DNA of 64,000 nt from Octopus vulgaris. Taxonomy: Eukaryota. The notes under the pieces are model-generated. The model worked only from the letters and a program-made list of their open reading frames with translations, did no database searches and was not told where the DNA came from. The translations under genes were made by a program, and so were the position numbers. Of the stretch, positions 42,358-55,336 are shown one piece after another. Position 1 is the stretch's first letter; each line of letters starts with the position of its first letter. The DNA lies in contig OX597815.1 of NCBI GenBank assembly GCA_951406725.2, forward strand, positions 178,374,001 to 178,438,000. The letters are read 5' to 3'.

Positions 42358-42455
42358 GTGATAAGTTGGCGCGATTACGGTGGTTTTGAAAATTTAGGGT
42401 ATATATTCCCGAGGCACAAATGCTGCTGCCTCGTGTATATCTATTCCTCCTGGCT

Positions 42456-42563
42456 TCTTTACCGATGAGACGGGCCTTTAGTAGATTGACTTGATTAAAT
42501 TTAATTTAATTTAATTAGGCTGGTTTGCCATACAGAACGTCGAAACAATGCATTGTCTAAAGA
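42456..42563 (+). ncRNA. Type-I hammerhead ribozyme candidate (CCGAUGA core) in a pLTR-like repeat
   Basis: UCUUUA-CCGAUGA-GACG[~65 nt]CGUC-GAAAC-AAUGCAUU-GUC-UAAAGA; stems I and II are perfect; ACAAUGCAUUGU is palindromic; predicted cut after C42557. Confidence 0.8.
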
Positions 42564-45084
42564 TAAATAGTGTAAATGTTTTTTAATTTTCCTTTAATTT
42601 CTGAATTACTACTATTTAGCGGTTTGAGTCTTGGCTGCTCTTTCTAGTGGGTCGAATGGCCTATCGGGGCCGTTCCTCAATGTTGTTGATATATATATAT
42701 ATATATAATTTTGATTTCAAAGATATTTAGTTTATATTATAACTGAGCTTGAGTAATAATATTTATACTTCTTGGTATCCTATTTTCCACCACCCGACTT
42801 CTCAGACAACCATACCTGTTGCTTATGCTAATTAACCAGCAGTAATCGGTGGACAATTTTTTCTTTACACCAAATTTTGCAAATTTTAGTCCAATATTCG
42901 CAACACCGTTTTATAAATGCACAAACTACCCAAACATTTCTTCTTTGGGACACATCTCGTTTAACCCCTAGTTCTAACATTTTCCTGCAATCCATGCTAT
43001 ACTGTATAACCAAACATCTTTCCAACATTGATGTCTTCGTAAAATCTCTCCAAATGTCATTTTCTCTCATCTACACAATAGTAACAAATGTTTCTGGTGA
43101 TTCAACCTCAAAATTTCTCATCTTCATTCTTGTAACTATATCTCATCTTTCTAATGCTCTTTGAACTTCTACAACCAGTCATTAGTTTTCGACTGTCCTC
43201 CGTCTTCTATTAAGAATACAAGCGCCCACGGCCGCAATGCGCTCAATTTTTCTAGGCTCCAATACGAAACATGTCTGAACTCTCCGCATCAATTAGTAAT
43301 CTTACGTAACAGGATACCTGCCTGATAGATATATGCTCACCCCTTTCTATATCACGTCCAGTTGCTATAATTCTTTCCGTATTTAAAATCAGCCAACCCA
43401 GTCGGGTAACTACCAGTTTTAAGCTAATGACATTTTGCAACAAGTGCTTCTGACCCTTGACGCATTCAGCTCTTATCACCCACAGCAACACATATTAAAG
43501 AATTGCTTTTATATTTGGGACGAAATAAAAGGCGGTCGTTCAGCTGTTTCGAATGATGCCTGGTTGCGGATAAAAGTTTCGTAAATCACGTCTAAAATAA
43601 AGCATTTGCTACTTGGAAAAATCATCTCAAATCACTTACGTACATTTTGGGGGGGCTTCTTTTATTGATAATATGCATATTTATGGTTCCTTCAACTAGA
43701 AAATTCTGTCAGGTCAGTCAGTACATAACCTCCACGAGCAGTAAGGCCATCACTAATTCAAACAATGAATTACAAGTGTTAAATATTCAAGAAACATGAG
43801 ACGGTAAATATGCTATCATGTTACATACAGTGATCTTGTATTTTGTAAATCTTCAGCACCACATCTTCTCCACCTAATTTATAAAAATAAATATTTAATA
43901 TTTAATTAATTAATTAATTAATTAATTAATTAATTAATTACACTGAGTTATTCCTGATACTTGTAAAATTTGATAGTAACTGATCACTGGGTTGGAATCG
44001 ACTGAACTTTCACCACCCTAAGTACTTTATCTCTGTCTCCAGTTTCAACATAATTCTGTAGTTGAATGTTTGCAAAAGGAAATTAATATTTCTGAAGCTG
44101 CAATATCCTGAAATGCATGCTGCTGTAATCAGGTTTGTGCTTTTGGCATATTACACCATCCTATTTTATTTCTCTTATATATCAAAGCCGTCGCCTGCCA
44201 TCGAAAATTATCTTGAATGTAACGTCAGTAAAACAAGGAACATCATTATAATATATTTTTTCAGAAAGCTCTTCTCTTCCTTTCCCTCCAATATTTACGC
44301 CTATCATTTTTCGTAGATATTACATTCAGTACTTACCAGCAAAATTCAAACATTCTTTTTTTCATTCTTCTTTTCAGCAATCAGGGGAAACTGTGCAAAA
44401 TAGCAACGCTTTGGTTAAAATACCTTAATGTAAATGTCCAAATACTATAAATTAAAATACTGCACTACGCTGCAGTCTTCGTTTGGGTTCATGATTGTAT
44501 TTTCGTCGAAATCACGATACCATTTGATCAAACTAGATAACGAAATTAGTACCAGCAATAAATAATTTATCAGACGAAAGAGTCTATAGCCTAAGTTTTC
44601 CCCTACAGGAAAACCAGAGCTTTAGAAATAATTATCTTTGGATATGATTCCATTGCACAGTTACAAAAGATAACACTTATTTTATTTTCCAGGAATCATT
44701 TCCAGAAACAGACTTCTTAACGAGCCAACGTGGTACATACTCGTTTTCCCTTTACGTAGACGCAATAACGACTTTGCCGAACTAAAGCCATCCTAGAAGA
44801 AATAATATTGATCATCAAGTAGCATTACTTCATATTCTTTACCGTGTATCTAAGTAAGGTTTTTAAATGCTCGACTGATTAAATGTATTTCACCTGCATA
44901 ACAACTGGAGAGAGGGTAATAATAGGGTGAATAGTAAGCATGAATTAGAAAACCCATAGATAGATAGATAGAGAGAGAGAGAGAGAAAGATAGATAGATA
45001 TACGTATATATAGATATAAGTATACATATAAACGTAATATATACGTATATATAATTCGATATTAACATAGTTATACATATATAT

Positions 45085-45127
<43 letters not shown>

Positions 45128-45269
45128 ATGCATATATTTATATATAATACATGTATATATATACATAAAATATATATCTGTATTTTTTATATGTACATAT
45201 ACATATATATGCATATGTATAAATACATATATATATATATATGTATATATATATATGTATTTTTATATG

Positions 45270-45351
<82 letters not shown>

Positions 45352-47280
45352 CAGTGGGTAATCAAAAACATAAAACAGAACCCAAAAGTGTTCTATTCTT
45401 ATGCAAATAAGCATAGAACCACTGTCTCACCCATTGGGTCATTGATTGATGATAACGGCATTCCCCAACACGATGCTAAAGAAATGGCAGAAATACTGCA
45501 GAAACAATACTGCTCTGTCTTTAGTGTTCCCAATGATATTGACGTAAGAGAAGCGAACGAAGTTGACTCCCAACATAAAATCTCAGGCATAACCTTCACT
45601 GCCACTGACATCGTAGCAGCAATAAATGAGGTCAAATACTACTCTGCTGTAGGCCCTGATAGATTCCCCGCTAGTCTCCTGAAGGAATGTAGACACCAAC
45701 TTGCAGTCCCTCTGACCAACCTCTGGAGAAATTCGTTAGACGCAGGTTATATACCGAAACAGTTTCTATCCCAGTCAGTCATCCCGGTTTTCAAACAAGG
45801 AAACAGATCCTTCGCACACAACTAGCGCCCAATCTCACTCACCTCCCACATCATTAAAGTGTTTGAAAGAGTGTTAAGATCAAGGATAGCTGACTTCCTG
45901 GAGACCCACAAACTCCTAAATGCAAATCAGCATGGCTTTCGCTGTGGCAGGGACTGTCTAACACAGCTCTTACACCACATTGAAGATGTACTCAAAGCCT
46001 TGGGAACAGGTTCGAACTCTGACATCATATATCTTGACTTCAGTAAAGCGTTCGACAGGGTAGACCATAATATCCTACTCTCAAAATTGGCAAATGTTGG
46101 AATCCGTGGAAAAGTTCTACACTGGATTAAGTATTTCCTGGCGAATAGAACACAACATGTTGTAGTTGATGGAGTCCACTCAAGCCCAGCAAAAGTCACC
46201 AGCGGTGTCCCCCGGGGGACTGTCTTGGGTCCTATACTCTTCATAATTTACATAAACGACCTTTCCAGTGTCGTACATTACTGCAAAGTGAAAATATTTG
46301 CTGATGACACTAAGCTCCAGCAAATCGTCAATGAAGAAGCAGACCGAACTCAACTCCAGTCTGATCTATATGCTGTGAGTCAATGGGCAGACAGAAACAA
46401 AATGCAACTGAACGAGGGAAAATTTAAGCTGATGCAATTTGGAAGAAATTCCTCACTAAAACAGCCATACTCTCTTCCTTCAGGGGAACCGCTCACAGCC
46501 TCTAACAATATCAGATACCTGGGTGTAATTGTTGATGACGATCTCAGTTGGAGTGCACACATCAACAAGAAGGTCGATATAGCTCGTAGGATGAGTTCCT
46601 GGATCTTAAGAACTTTCCGGTCCAGGGAACAAGGTGTCATCATACCACTTTTCTCCTCCTTTGTACGGCCACACCTCGAATACTGTTGCCCACTGTGGTC
46701 TCCCCATGCAAGACAAAACATCTCGAGGATTGAGTCACCCCAGAGGGCACTCACTAAACGAATTGAAGGCATGGCTGCTCTCGATTATTGGGATCGCCTT
46801 AAAGCCTTGAAACTTTACTCTCTCCAGCGTCGCCGTGAGCGGTACATCATTTGCACGATGTGGAGAATATACCGCCAACTTTGCCCAAACGACCTGAACA
46901 TTAGCTTCAAGGTTCATCCAAGACTGGGACCACGGGCCATACGTCCCCTGCCCAATTCAAGATCACAGCATACATGTACACTGCAACTTAATTTCTTTTC
47001 CTCAACAGACCCTGCCCTACTTAACATTTTCCTGAAAGAGATCAAAGAGGAAAAGGATCCCATCAACTTTAAACGGAGTCTGGATAGATTCCTTCAAAGA
47101 ATACCAGATAAGCCACCCATAATTGGATACAACTCACCCAATAAGAACTCACTACTTGAATGGACCATAAACAAAACTTGACTTAAACAGGATTCGAATA
47201 AACCTATCAGGTGGTGCTATTAAGTTAGACATGGCCTGGACCAATCTTTGGTCGAAACATATCTAAGTTTATCTAAGTTT

Positions 47281-47282
<2 letters not shown>
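45352..47282 (+). mobile_element. 5'-truncated CR1/L2-group LINE, near-intact ORF2 RT region and 3' UTR
   Basis: [60 protein letters not shown]; one in-frame TAG at 45823-45825; tail (ATCTAAGTTT)2; flanked by (TA)n. Confidence 0.96.
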
Positions 47283-47316
<34 letters not shown>

Positions 47317-47369
47317 TACATATGTATAAATTCCTACATATATATATATATGTATTTTTATATGTATAT

Positions 47370-47426
<57 letters not shown>

Positions 47427-47639
47427 TCTGTGTGTGTGTGTGTTCGTATGTATGTATGTATATACATGAATGTGTAGTTGTAAGAGAGTGACGAAAGAGA
47501 CGTAAAACAGAAAGTGAAATAAAGAACAGTCTCAAATGAGCAAACTGACAAGAAGCAAGAATTAATTGGATGGATGCAGAAGGTGTTATACAATAAAGAT
47601 ATATAGAGAGAGAGAAATGGTAATAGATAGATAGATAGT

Positions 47640-47743
<104 letters not shown>

Positions 47744-47941
47744 GGGTACGGGTAAATCGCTTGCTGCAAATTACATGAGAAACGTGGGTAAATAAAATAT
47801 GGCAGATAATTGGAAATATGATAGGGAAACAGAGATCGGAAGAGGAGGAGAAAATAAGGAAAGAGAAAGAGACGAGGAGGGAAAGGAAGCAATATGGAAA
47901 ATATGATTCAAAAAATTGCTTGAGTGAATAGTACACTTTTA

Positions 47942-48023
<82 letters not shown>

Positions 48024-48180
48024 TGTGTGTGTATGTGTGAGTGGTTGACAGAGAAGCAAATATTTGAGTAAGAGGATAAATTTTAGAGAAAACAATATAT
48101 GTGTGATGCAATCTATATATGTATATCTGTGTGTTCATATGTGTGTGTGTGTGAGTGTGCATAACAATGTACATGTAAGC

Positions 48181-48250
<70 letters not shown>

Positions 48251-48291
48251 TATATATATTATGTATTTATATATATACATATGTATATATG

Positions 48292-48331
<40 letters not shown>

Positions 48332-48531
48332 TAAAACTTTGACTGCACAGTTATGCAACTTCGATACATTGTAGAGTTTATTTGTGTCTGTGTGTTTGTA
48401 TGTGTCTGTGAGTATTTGATGATGTACGTAGAAGCAGTTAGATATATATAAATACATATTTATATGTATAGATGTATACACATACACACATATGTATATA
48501 CATATATAAATATATATATAAATATATATAT

Positions 48532-48627
<96 letters not shown>

Positions 48628-48854
48628 CATATATATATATATATGTATGCATATATATATATATATATGTATGCATATATATATATTCATATATAAAATA
48701 TAAATTAGAGATAAAACCACTATTATGCAACGCAAACAGTGATAGACATAAACCAATACATAAATAACAAATAATATATATTTTCATAAAACATCTAACT
48801 CATAACTAGATCTCAAAAAGTATAAAATGAATGATAAATATATAATATAATAAG

Positions 48855-48921
<67 letters not shown>

Positions 48922-49226
48922 ATTATAATTGACATATATTGATTATAATTGGGTTGCTTTATGCTGGTTCATATCTTCATGAGACATTTTTCAGACGCTG
49001 AGATAATACTCCACATACAACTACAAGTGCAATTTTTTTTTTCATTTCCGTTTCTGTTTCAGTATTATGGGAAATGAAAACTGCCTAAATTTTTATGGAC
49101 GCCTTTGAATTATTTCCTTTTAAAAACTCTTCTAATAAGAATAGATTTGAATATGATACAATGACAGCATATGAAAAACCAAATGTAAAAAGGTTAGCTA
49201 TAATGTCAAAAATATAAATCAAACAG

Positions 49227-49296
<70 letters not shown>

Positions 49297-49510
49297 TGTG
49301 CATATGCGAAGAGTGTATGAAAAGTCTTGAGCTTTCAAGGCCTTTGAATCTTGAAATCTTGTACCATATTTTGTTTTGTTTTTTTGAGGATCAAGACTTT
49401 CATACAATCCTCGTATTACATAGACTTACGCACAAACACATACACTGCAGACACACACACACACGCACACATCACACACATATATGTATGTATATTATGA
49501 TATATTATTA

Positions 49511-49712
49511 AGGCGGTGATTTGAAAGAATCGTTAGCACGCCGGACAAAATGCTTGGCAACATTTCTTACGGTTTCACAATCTGGGGTCCATTTTGCTTT
49601 ATCATGGATAAAGTATGGATAGAATATACACGTCAAGGACTGTGTTTGATGTAATCCACTACCCCATTCCGCATGGTTTCGGGTCGTGTACCTATATTAG
49701 AAAGGAATTTAT
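49511..49712 (+). mobile_element. SINE family B, old degenerate subfamily
   Basis: AGGCGGTGA...GAATCGTTAGCACGCCGG; tail TTCGGGTCGTGTACCTATATTAGAAAGGAAT. Confidence 0.7.
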
Positions 49713-49899
49713 TGTTATATGTGCCGATCTTAAATTCGTTTTGCAAGGATTTTTGATAGGAAACCGTGTATTGTGGTATATGTTGGGAATGCCATACTTC
49801 ATAAATCCTTAAAACTCACTTGCAGTTTGATTGTTTATAATTCACTTACCTTTCTTAAAACTGTCCCAAAAAATATTTCCCAGTACACCTCTCCTGAGC

Positions 49900-50112
49900 C
49901 TTCTTAATCCTTAAATCCTTAAAAATACTTCAGCCAGAAAGCTGCGGCCATGCTGAGGCACCATCGTTGAATGAGCTACACTAGTATGTGAAACCACCTC
50001 TGATACGTGGCACTTGATCAACAAGGGAGTTCGATGCCACTGCACGCATCTGTGTTTCCTGCCAAGAAGTAGGTTCATCTGGAACCCCTGACAAGAAGAG
50101 ATCCAATTTTAA
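49900..50112 (-). mobile_element. CR1/L2-group LINE, second subfamily, 3' fragment
   Basis: Minus translation KLDLFLSGVPDEPTSWQETQMRAVASNSLVDQ; tail GGTGCCTCAGCATGGCCGCAGCTTTCTGGCTGAAG followed by (TTAAGGA)n. Confidence 0.8.
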
Positions 50113-50558
50113 ATGCTCGGTTTTCTGTTAAGAACTGATTTTTTTTAATTCAATTTAGTCAGCAGGTACACGAGCTGATGACGTTTTTCTTTACTCACAG
50201 CTCTTTTCGTTGGAGCATGCGTCTGCTTGGAGGTTGGATTACACTATTTTGTGCTTATTCTTTTCATTTCACTTATATTATTTTTTATCGTTACTTCTAC
50301 ATTGTTTTGGTTGTGGGCTGTTATTAGGGTTGAAATGTTATCAAATTTGTTCTTCATTTTAATTATGTAAGCGTATTTCAATTTATCGCATTCCATTCCT
50401 TTTAACAATGGAAACTGCCTATTTTGGGTGTGTAAACAGGCAGATCATCTGTAAGATGTGTGTATATATATATATTACACAGTGAAGTTGTAAAGTACTG
50501 CACGAGTGGAAATATGTATGAAAGAAGGTTTAAAAATGCAGTTATAAAGATGTTTATT

Positions 50559-50602
50559 CACTTGACCGTTTTCACTTATTTAGAAAAAGATTGTCAAAAG
50601 TA
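50559..50602 (-). ncRNA. Minimal hammerhead-like motif with UUGACAA (U3-A8) core
   Basis: Minus strand UACUU-UUGACAA-UCUU..AAGU-GAAAACGGUC-AAGUG; stem I pairs over 5 bp. Confidence 0.5.
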
Positions 50603-51037
50603 AAATGTAAAGCTTTCTATTAGCTTTGTTGTATTAAGTACTGGTTATCACAAAAGTATTAAAATACATATATACATTCTTTGATAATAAGAAAATGTTA
50701 AAAACAGTTTACAAGAAAGTATTTAAGAAAATATTCAACAAAAAGTATTAGGAGTTCAAAAAAATCATGTTTGTTTGTTAGTATATATATACACAGATGG
50801 AGATATATTTAAGAGTTTACAAAGAATTTGAGAGGAACCAACCTGTTTTCCTAGCATTTTTTATTGTGTGTGTAGCTAAGGATTGTTTGCCATTTTAAGG
50901 GCCAGTGTGGGATCTCCCCTCTATAAATTCAGGGACAATGCAACCTATAATCAGCGCGTTATCAAAGAGGCATATTCTATTGCAAAATATAAACCTATTT
51001 TTAATGCTTTTGGACTTTTTACTTTTTAATTTAAAAC

Positions 51038-51840
51038 ATGGCCAAAAATGCGGATAAGATTGTAGAGTGGGAGATTGTCCCACCTAAGGAGTGGCTCAGA
51101 CAGCAAGAGGAGAGGACGGTAGTGTTGAGAACGTATTCGAAGGTTCTCGACACCATTGCCGTCTTCTCCAAGCAGATGATTGAGCTTGAGTTGGCGGAAC
51201 ATCTGCCAACCATTAAGTATATCTCTGGGGGTGTCAAATATGAAACGGTGAGGTTACTGTTTGACACCCCAGAGGGGGCTCGCAGTTTTGCGAGCCAGCT
51301 CTTTGAGGGTAAAGAAATTTTGCTTCTTCCCACTTATTGTAGGAAAACAAGTGACAAGGGGTTGGGTCTGTCGTTTGTCACCCGGAATTGAACCCCAGTA
51401 GATAGAGGTTGCTATCCGTCGGGGTCTGGGTAGCAGCGGTGCCAGGCTCCTTAATGTTAAAATTCTTCCTGCGGCTGATTCGGTTGGGTCAAAAGCTGTT
51501 TTGACCCTGTGGACCCAATCACTCATGAATCTGGTTATGCCAGATTTTTTTTAAATAGCCAGGTGTAGGTATCCCGTGATTTTTTAGGGTTGCCCCCCCC
51601 ACCACCACCACCAGGTGTCATCGGTGCCTGGAGCCTGGCCATATAAAGAAAAAACTGTCCTCAGGAACAAAGCAAAGTCCTGGAACAGTTGATTGAGAGA
51701 TCTGTAGAAGGAACGAAGGCCGCCGAGGAGACGGAGGACTCCTCAAAGAAGAAGAAGGTGAGAAACAATGGGTGCTCACCGAAGGATCCTAGGAATGAGG
51801 GAGGAGAGGCGAATCTCCCGGTCACGGAGGAGACGCACCC
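51038..51840 (+). pseudogene. L1/Tx1-like ORF1 (gag-like) relic with CCHC zinc knuckle
   Basis: ATG at 51038; RRM-like segment TVRLLFDTPEGARSF; CHRCLEPGHIKK-NC at ~51616-51658 (CX2CX4HX4C after removing one extra A); charged tail; stops and frameshifts. Confidence 0.7.
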
Positions 51841-51849
51841 TCCCTCTTT

Positions 51850-52220
51850 TATCTTTTCTTTGCTTTAGTCATCGGACTGCAGCCACACTAGGGCAACGCT
51901 TTGCAGGGTTTTAGTCGAACAAATCGTTCCTACCTACATTTTTTTCAGAAGTTGTACCTATCTATCGGTCTGTAAACAATCCAACGCCCGTTGACAACAC
52001 ACGTGTGTGTGTGTGTGTGTATGTGTCTGTGTCTGTGTGTGTGTCTGTGTCTGTGTGTCTGTGTGTGTATGTGTGTGTGTATGTGTGTATAATGAGCTTC
52101 CGGTCAGTTTCCGTGTGCCAAATTCATTTACTAGGCATTGTTTGCTCTAGGATTAAAGTACCCTGCCATGAAACTCAAAACCAGGTGACTGAAAAGTGTG
52201 CTTCTTAACCACACATCCAT
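51850..52220 (-). mobile_element. SINE family A, degenerate
   Basis: AGTCATCGGACTGCAGCCA, TTTAGTCGAACAAATCG and TCAGTTTCCGT...CCAAATTCA are colinear with the full copy. Confidence 0.7.
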
Positions 52221-52929
52221 ACTTGAACTTGCGTGTGTGTGTGTGTGTAATGAAATAAAATAACAGGGCAGGTAGTTTTATTTATACGCATGATACAAAA
52301 ACTTTATTATGCACATTATATTTACTAATTAGAATTTAAAAAAAGAAAACATTTCAAATTCTAGAATTATCTAAGAAGAAAATAATCAATATTTGTTAAA
52401 TTGAATGTTTTTAAAGAAAATTTTAATTTTCTTAAAATGCCAATTTACTATTTATGAAATAAAAAATAAAAACCAGCATCACTGCTCCTTGCAACCAAAA
52501 CACGAAGGGCAAGAGTGCTTTTATAAAGTGTCTATTCTTATTTATTGCAATTGCACTTTTTTGAATTACGTTGCATGTCAGAATAAAAATAAGAGGGAAA
52601 GTAGTTTCTGGTATATGTATGAAACCCGGTATAATTTCTTTAATAAGCATAATAATATTTATTAATTAGAGTTAAATATAAATATTTCAAATTTTGGAAT
52701 AATGTAATAATGTAAATAATCAATATTCAGTTTGTAGAAATTTATTATTACGGAGATGTACTTGCATAGCAAGTGACCTGATCTGAGATCGTGTGCGGGA
52801 ACGAAAACAATTGCAGCGTGGAAGGTGTTTATAAGCCATTTAAAAACACGCAAACCGTTAGATTCACTTCAACATTTAAATGCATGGCCGCAGTCTAATG
52901 AGTGATAAAAGTAAAAGATACAAGATATG

Positions 52930-52960
<31 letters not shown>

Positions 52961-53315
52961 TATTGCAACAGTTTAGGAAGTTATTAGTGCTAGAAGGGGC
53001 CGTATGTATGTGCAAAGTGTATTATTATGGAATGTGGGGGCGAGTGGGTTTACGGGGTGACAATTTATGTGTAAGTGTTTAAGGTGTTTCCCAGTTAATT
53101 AGAATTATATAGATGAGTATTTAAGTTTGGGATTACGAGTTTCCCCTTGTTACTACATCCATTTTCTTCTCTAATATAACCTAAACTACGGTTTACCAAC
53201 CGAACCACCTGCTACCGTACAATCTTACAAAAGACTGTACCTACCCAGGTAATAACCAGGAGCGACTCTGGATTTAATTATCCCTTAGAGGTACTAAACC
53301 CCTCTAACTGATACC

Positions 53316-53472
<157 letters not shown>

Positions 53473-53723
53473 TTATACATATATGTATATGTATGTATAT
53501 ATATATTTGTGTGATATATGCATGTATGAAATCATTAAGCCGCTCATGGTTTTAAATAAGGAAAAATGTGAAGAAATGTGAAGAAATTCCATAAAACTTT
53601 GAAAAAACCTAAACCAGTGACACATTTATTCTGTGAAACGTGTCTTTCTATTTTTCATACATACACACGTAGGATAAAATTATTCTCCGCACGTTAAAAA
53701 GTTAAATTTGTTTTAATTACACA

Positions 53724-53809
<86 letters not shown>

Positions 53810-53842
53810 ATGTATGTATGTATGTATGTATGTATGTATGTA

Positions 53843-54155
53843 TGACCATAGGATTGCACATTGCACCTAGAAGTTTATCCTCCGAGGCACAAGTTCGGGC
53901 AAGGTTGTTTCTGGAAGACCAGTAGTCATCCATGCATACCAGCCTCCCCTCTTCACACCACTGATGTTATCCAAGGGAAAGGCAGAGGTCGATATAGGTT
54001 GGCACCAGTGATGTTGCAGCTCATTCCTGCAGCTGGAGCAACATGAAATAAAGCGTCTTGCTCAAGAACACAGTACACAGCTTTGTCCGAATTGATTCGA
54101 ATTCACTACTTCACGATTGAGGGCCCGATGTTCAAACCCCAGAGTCATGCGCCTA
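53843..54155 (-). mobile_element. SINE family C
   Basis: Reverse-complement homologue of 16930-17205. Confidence 0.8.
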
Positions 54156-54209
54156 AACACACACGCGCGCACGCACTTATGTGTGTGTGTGTGTGTGTGC
54201 GCGTATATC

Positions 54210-54526
54210 TATAAACTTAGATATGTTTCGACCAAAGATTGGTCCAGGCCATGTCTAACTTAATAGCACCACCTGATAGGATTATTCGAATCCTGTTTAA
54301 GGCAAGTTTTATTCAAGTAGTGAGTTCTTTTTGGATGAGTTGTATCCAATTATGGGTGGCTTATCTGGTATTCTTTGAAGGAATCTATCCAGACTCCGTT
54401 TAAAGTTGATGGGATCCTTTTCCTCTTTGATCTCCCTCGGGACAATGTTAAATAGGGCAGGGTCTGTTGAGGAAAAGAAATTATGTTGCAGTGTACATGT
54501 AGGAATTATGTTGCAGTGTACATGTA
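54210..54526 (-). mobile_element. CR1/L2-group LINE 3' fragment, very close to the 45352-47282 copy
   Basis: Long identical blocks such as GAGATCAAAGAGGAAAAGGATCCCATCAACTTTAAACGGAGTCTGGATAGATTCC, and an identical tail. Confidence 0.95.
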
Positions 54527-54880
54527 TATGTATTTAGTTAAGTACATAATGATATACTTAAGAATCAATTTCGACGATAGGGTCATATAAATGATTATAT
54601 CCTCAATTTATAATGTATATATATATATAACGATGAATAACTTTGCGTAAACCATGGTCCGTTTTGTTCTCTTACTTTATTTTCATCTTATAATCATCTC
54701 ATAATAATGACTTTTATGACTCGTATTACTACCTCAGTCAATCTAAATGTATATATTTGTCGTTACCTGTCATAAACAGCCTTTTTTTTATTTGAAATGT
54801 GCATTTTCGTTGATTTTTCATATTTTACCATTACATTTCCACGTGTATTTTGTATTTTATATTTTATATTTTCTTTTCGT

Positions 54881-54934
<54 letters not shown>

Positions 54935-55103
54935 TTGCAGTTTCCGTGAACAAAAATTCTCTCTTATGGTAAAAAGGTGTATAAACACCATAACTGTCCA
55001 GTGTTGCCCCTGTCGGATTCCCAAACATCCATGTTTCTAGTTCTTTAGCCGTAATCAATTGGAAATACCTAAGAGAGACAACTCTGGCTTTAACTAAAAT
55101 ACA

Positions 55104-55336
55104 TATTTCTTTATTACCCACAAGGGGCTAAACACAGAGGGGACAAACAAGGACAGACATAGGTATTAAGTCAATCACATCGAACCCAGTGCGTAACTAG
55201 TATTTAATTTATCGACCCCGAAAGTATGTAAGGCAAAGTCGACCTTGGCGGAATTTGAACTCAGAACGTAGCGACAGACGAAATACCGCTAAGCATTTCG
55301 CCCGGCGTGCTAACGATTCTGCCAGCTCACCGCCTT
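55104..55336 (-). mobile_element. SINE family B with TSD
   Basis: Full copy flanked by CTTTAACTAAAATA on both sides. Confidence 0.93.

Noticed and set aside
42760-43500. Possible RTE endonuclease relic on the minus strand (HRLLLV; GWWK-like)
   Set aside because: Too degenerate to support by eye.
53590-53650. UUGAAAA...GAAACGUGUC hammerhead-like motif
   Set aside because: No convincing stem I or stem II pairing.
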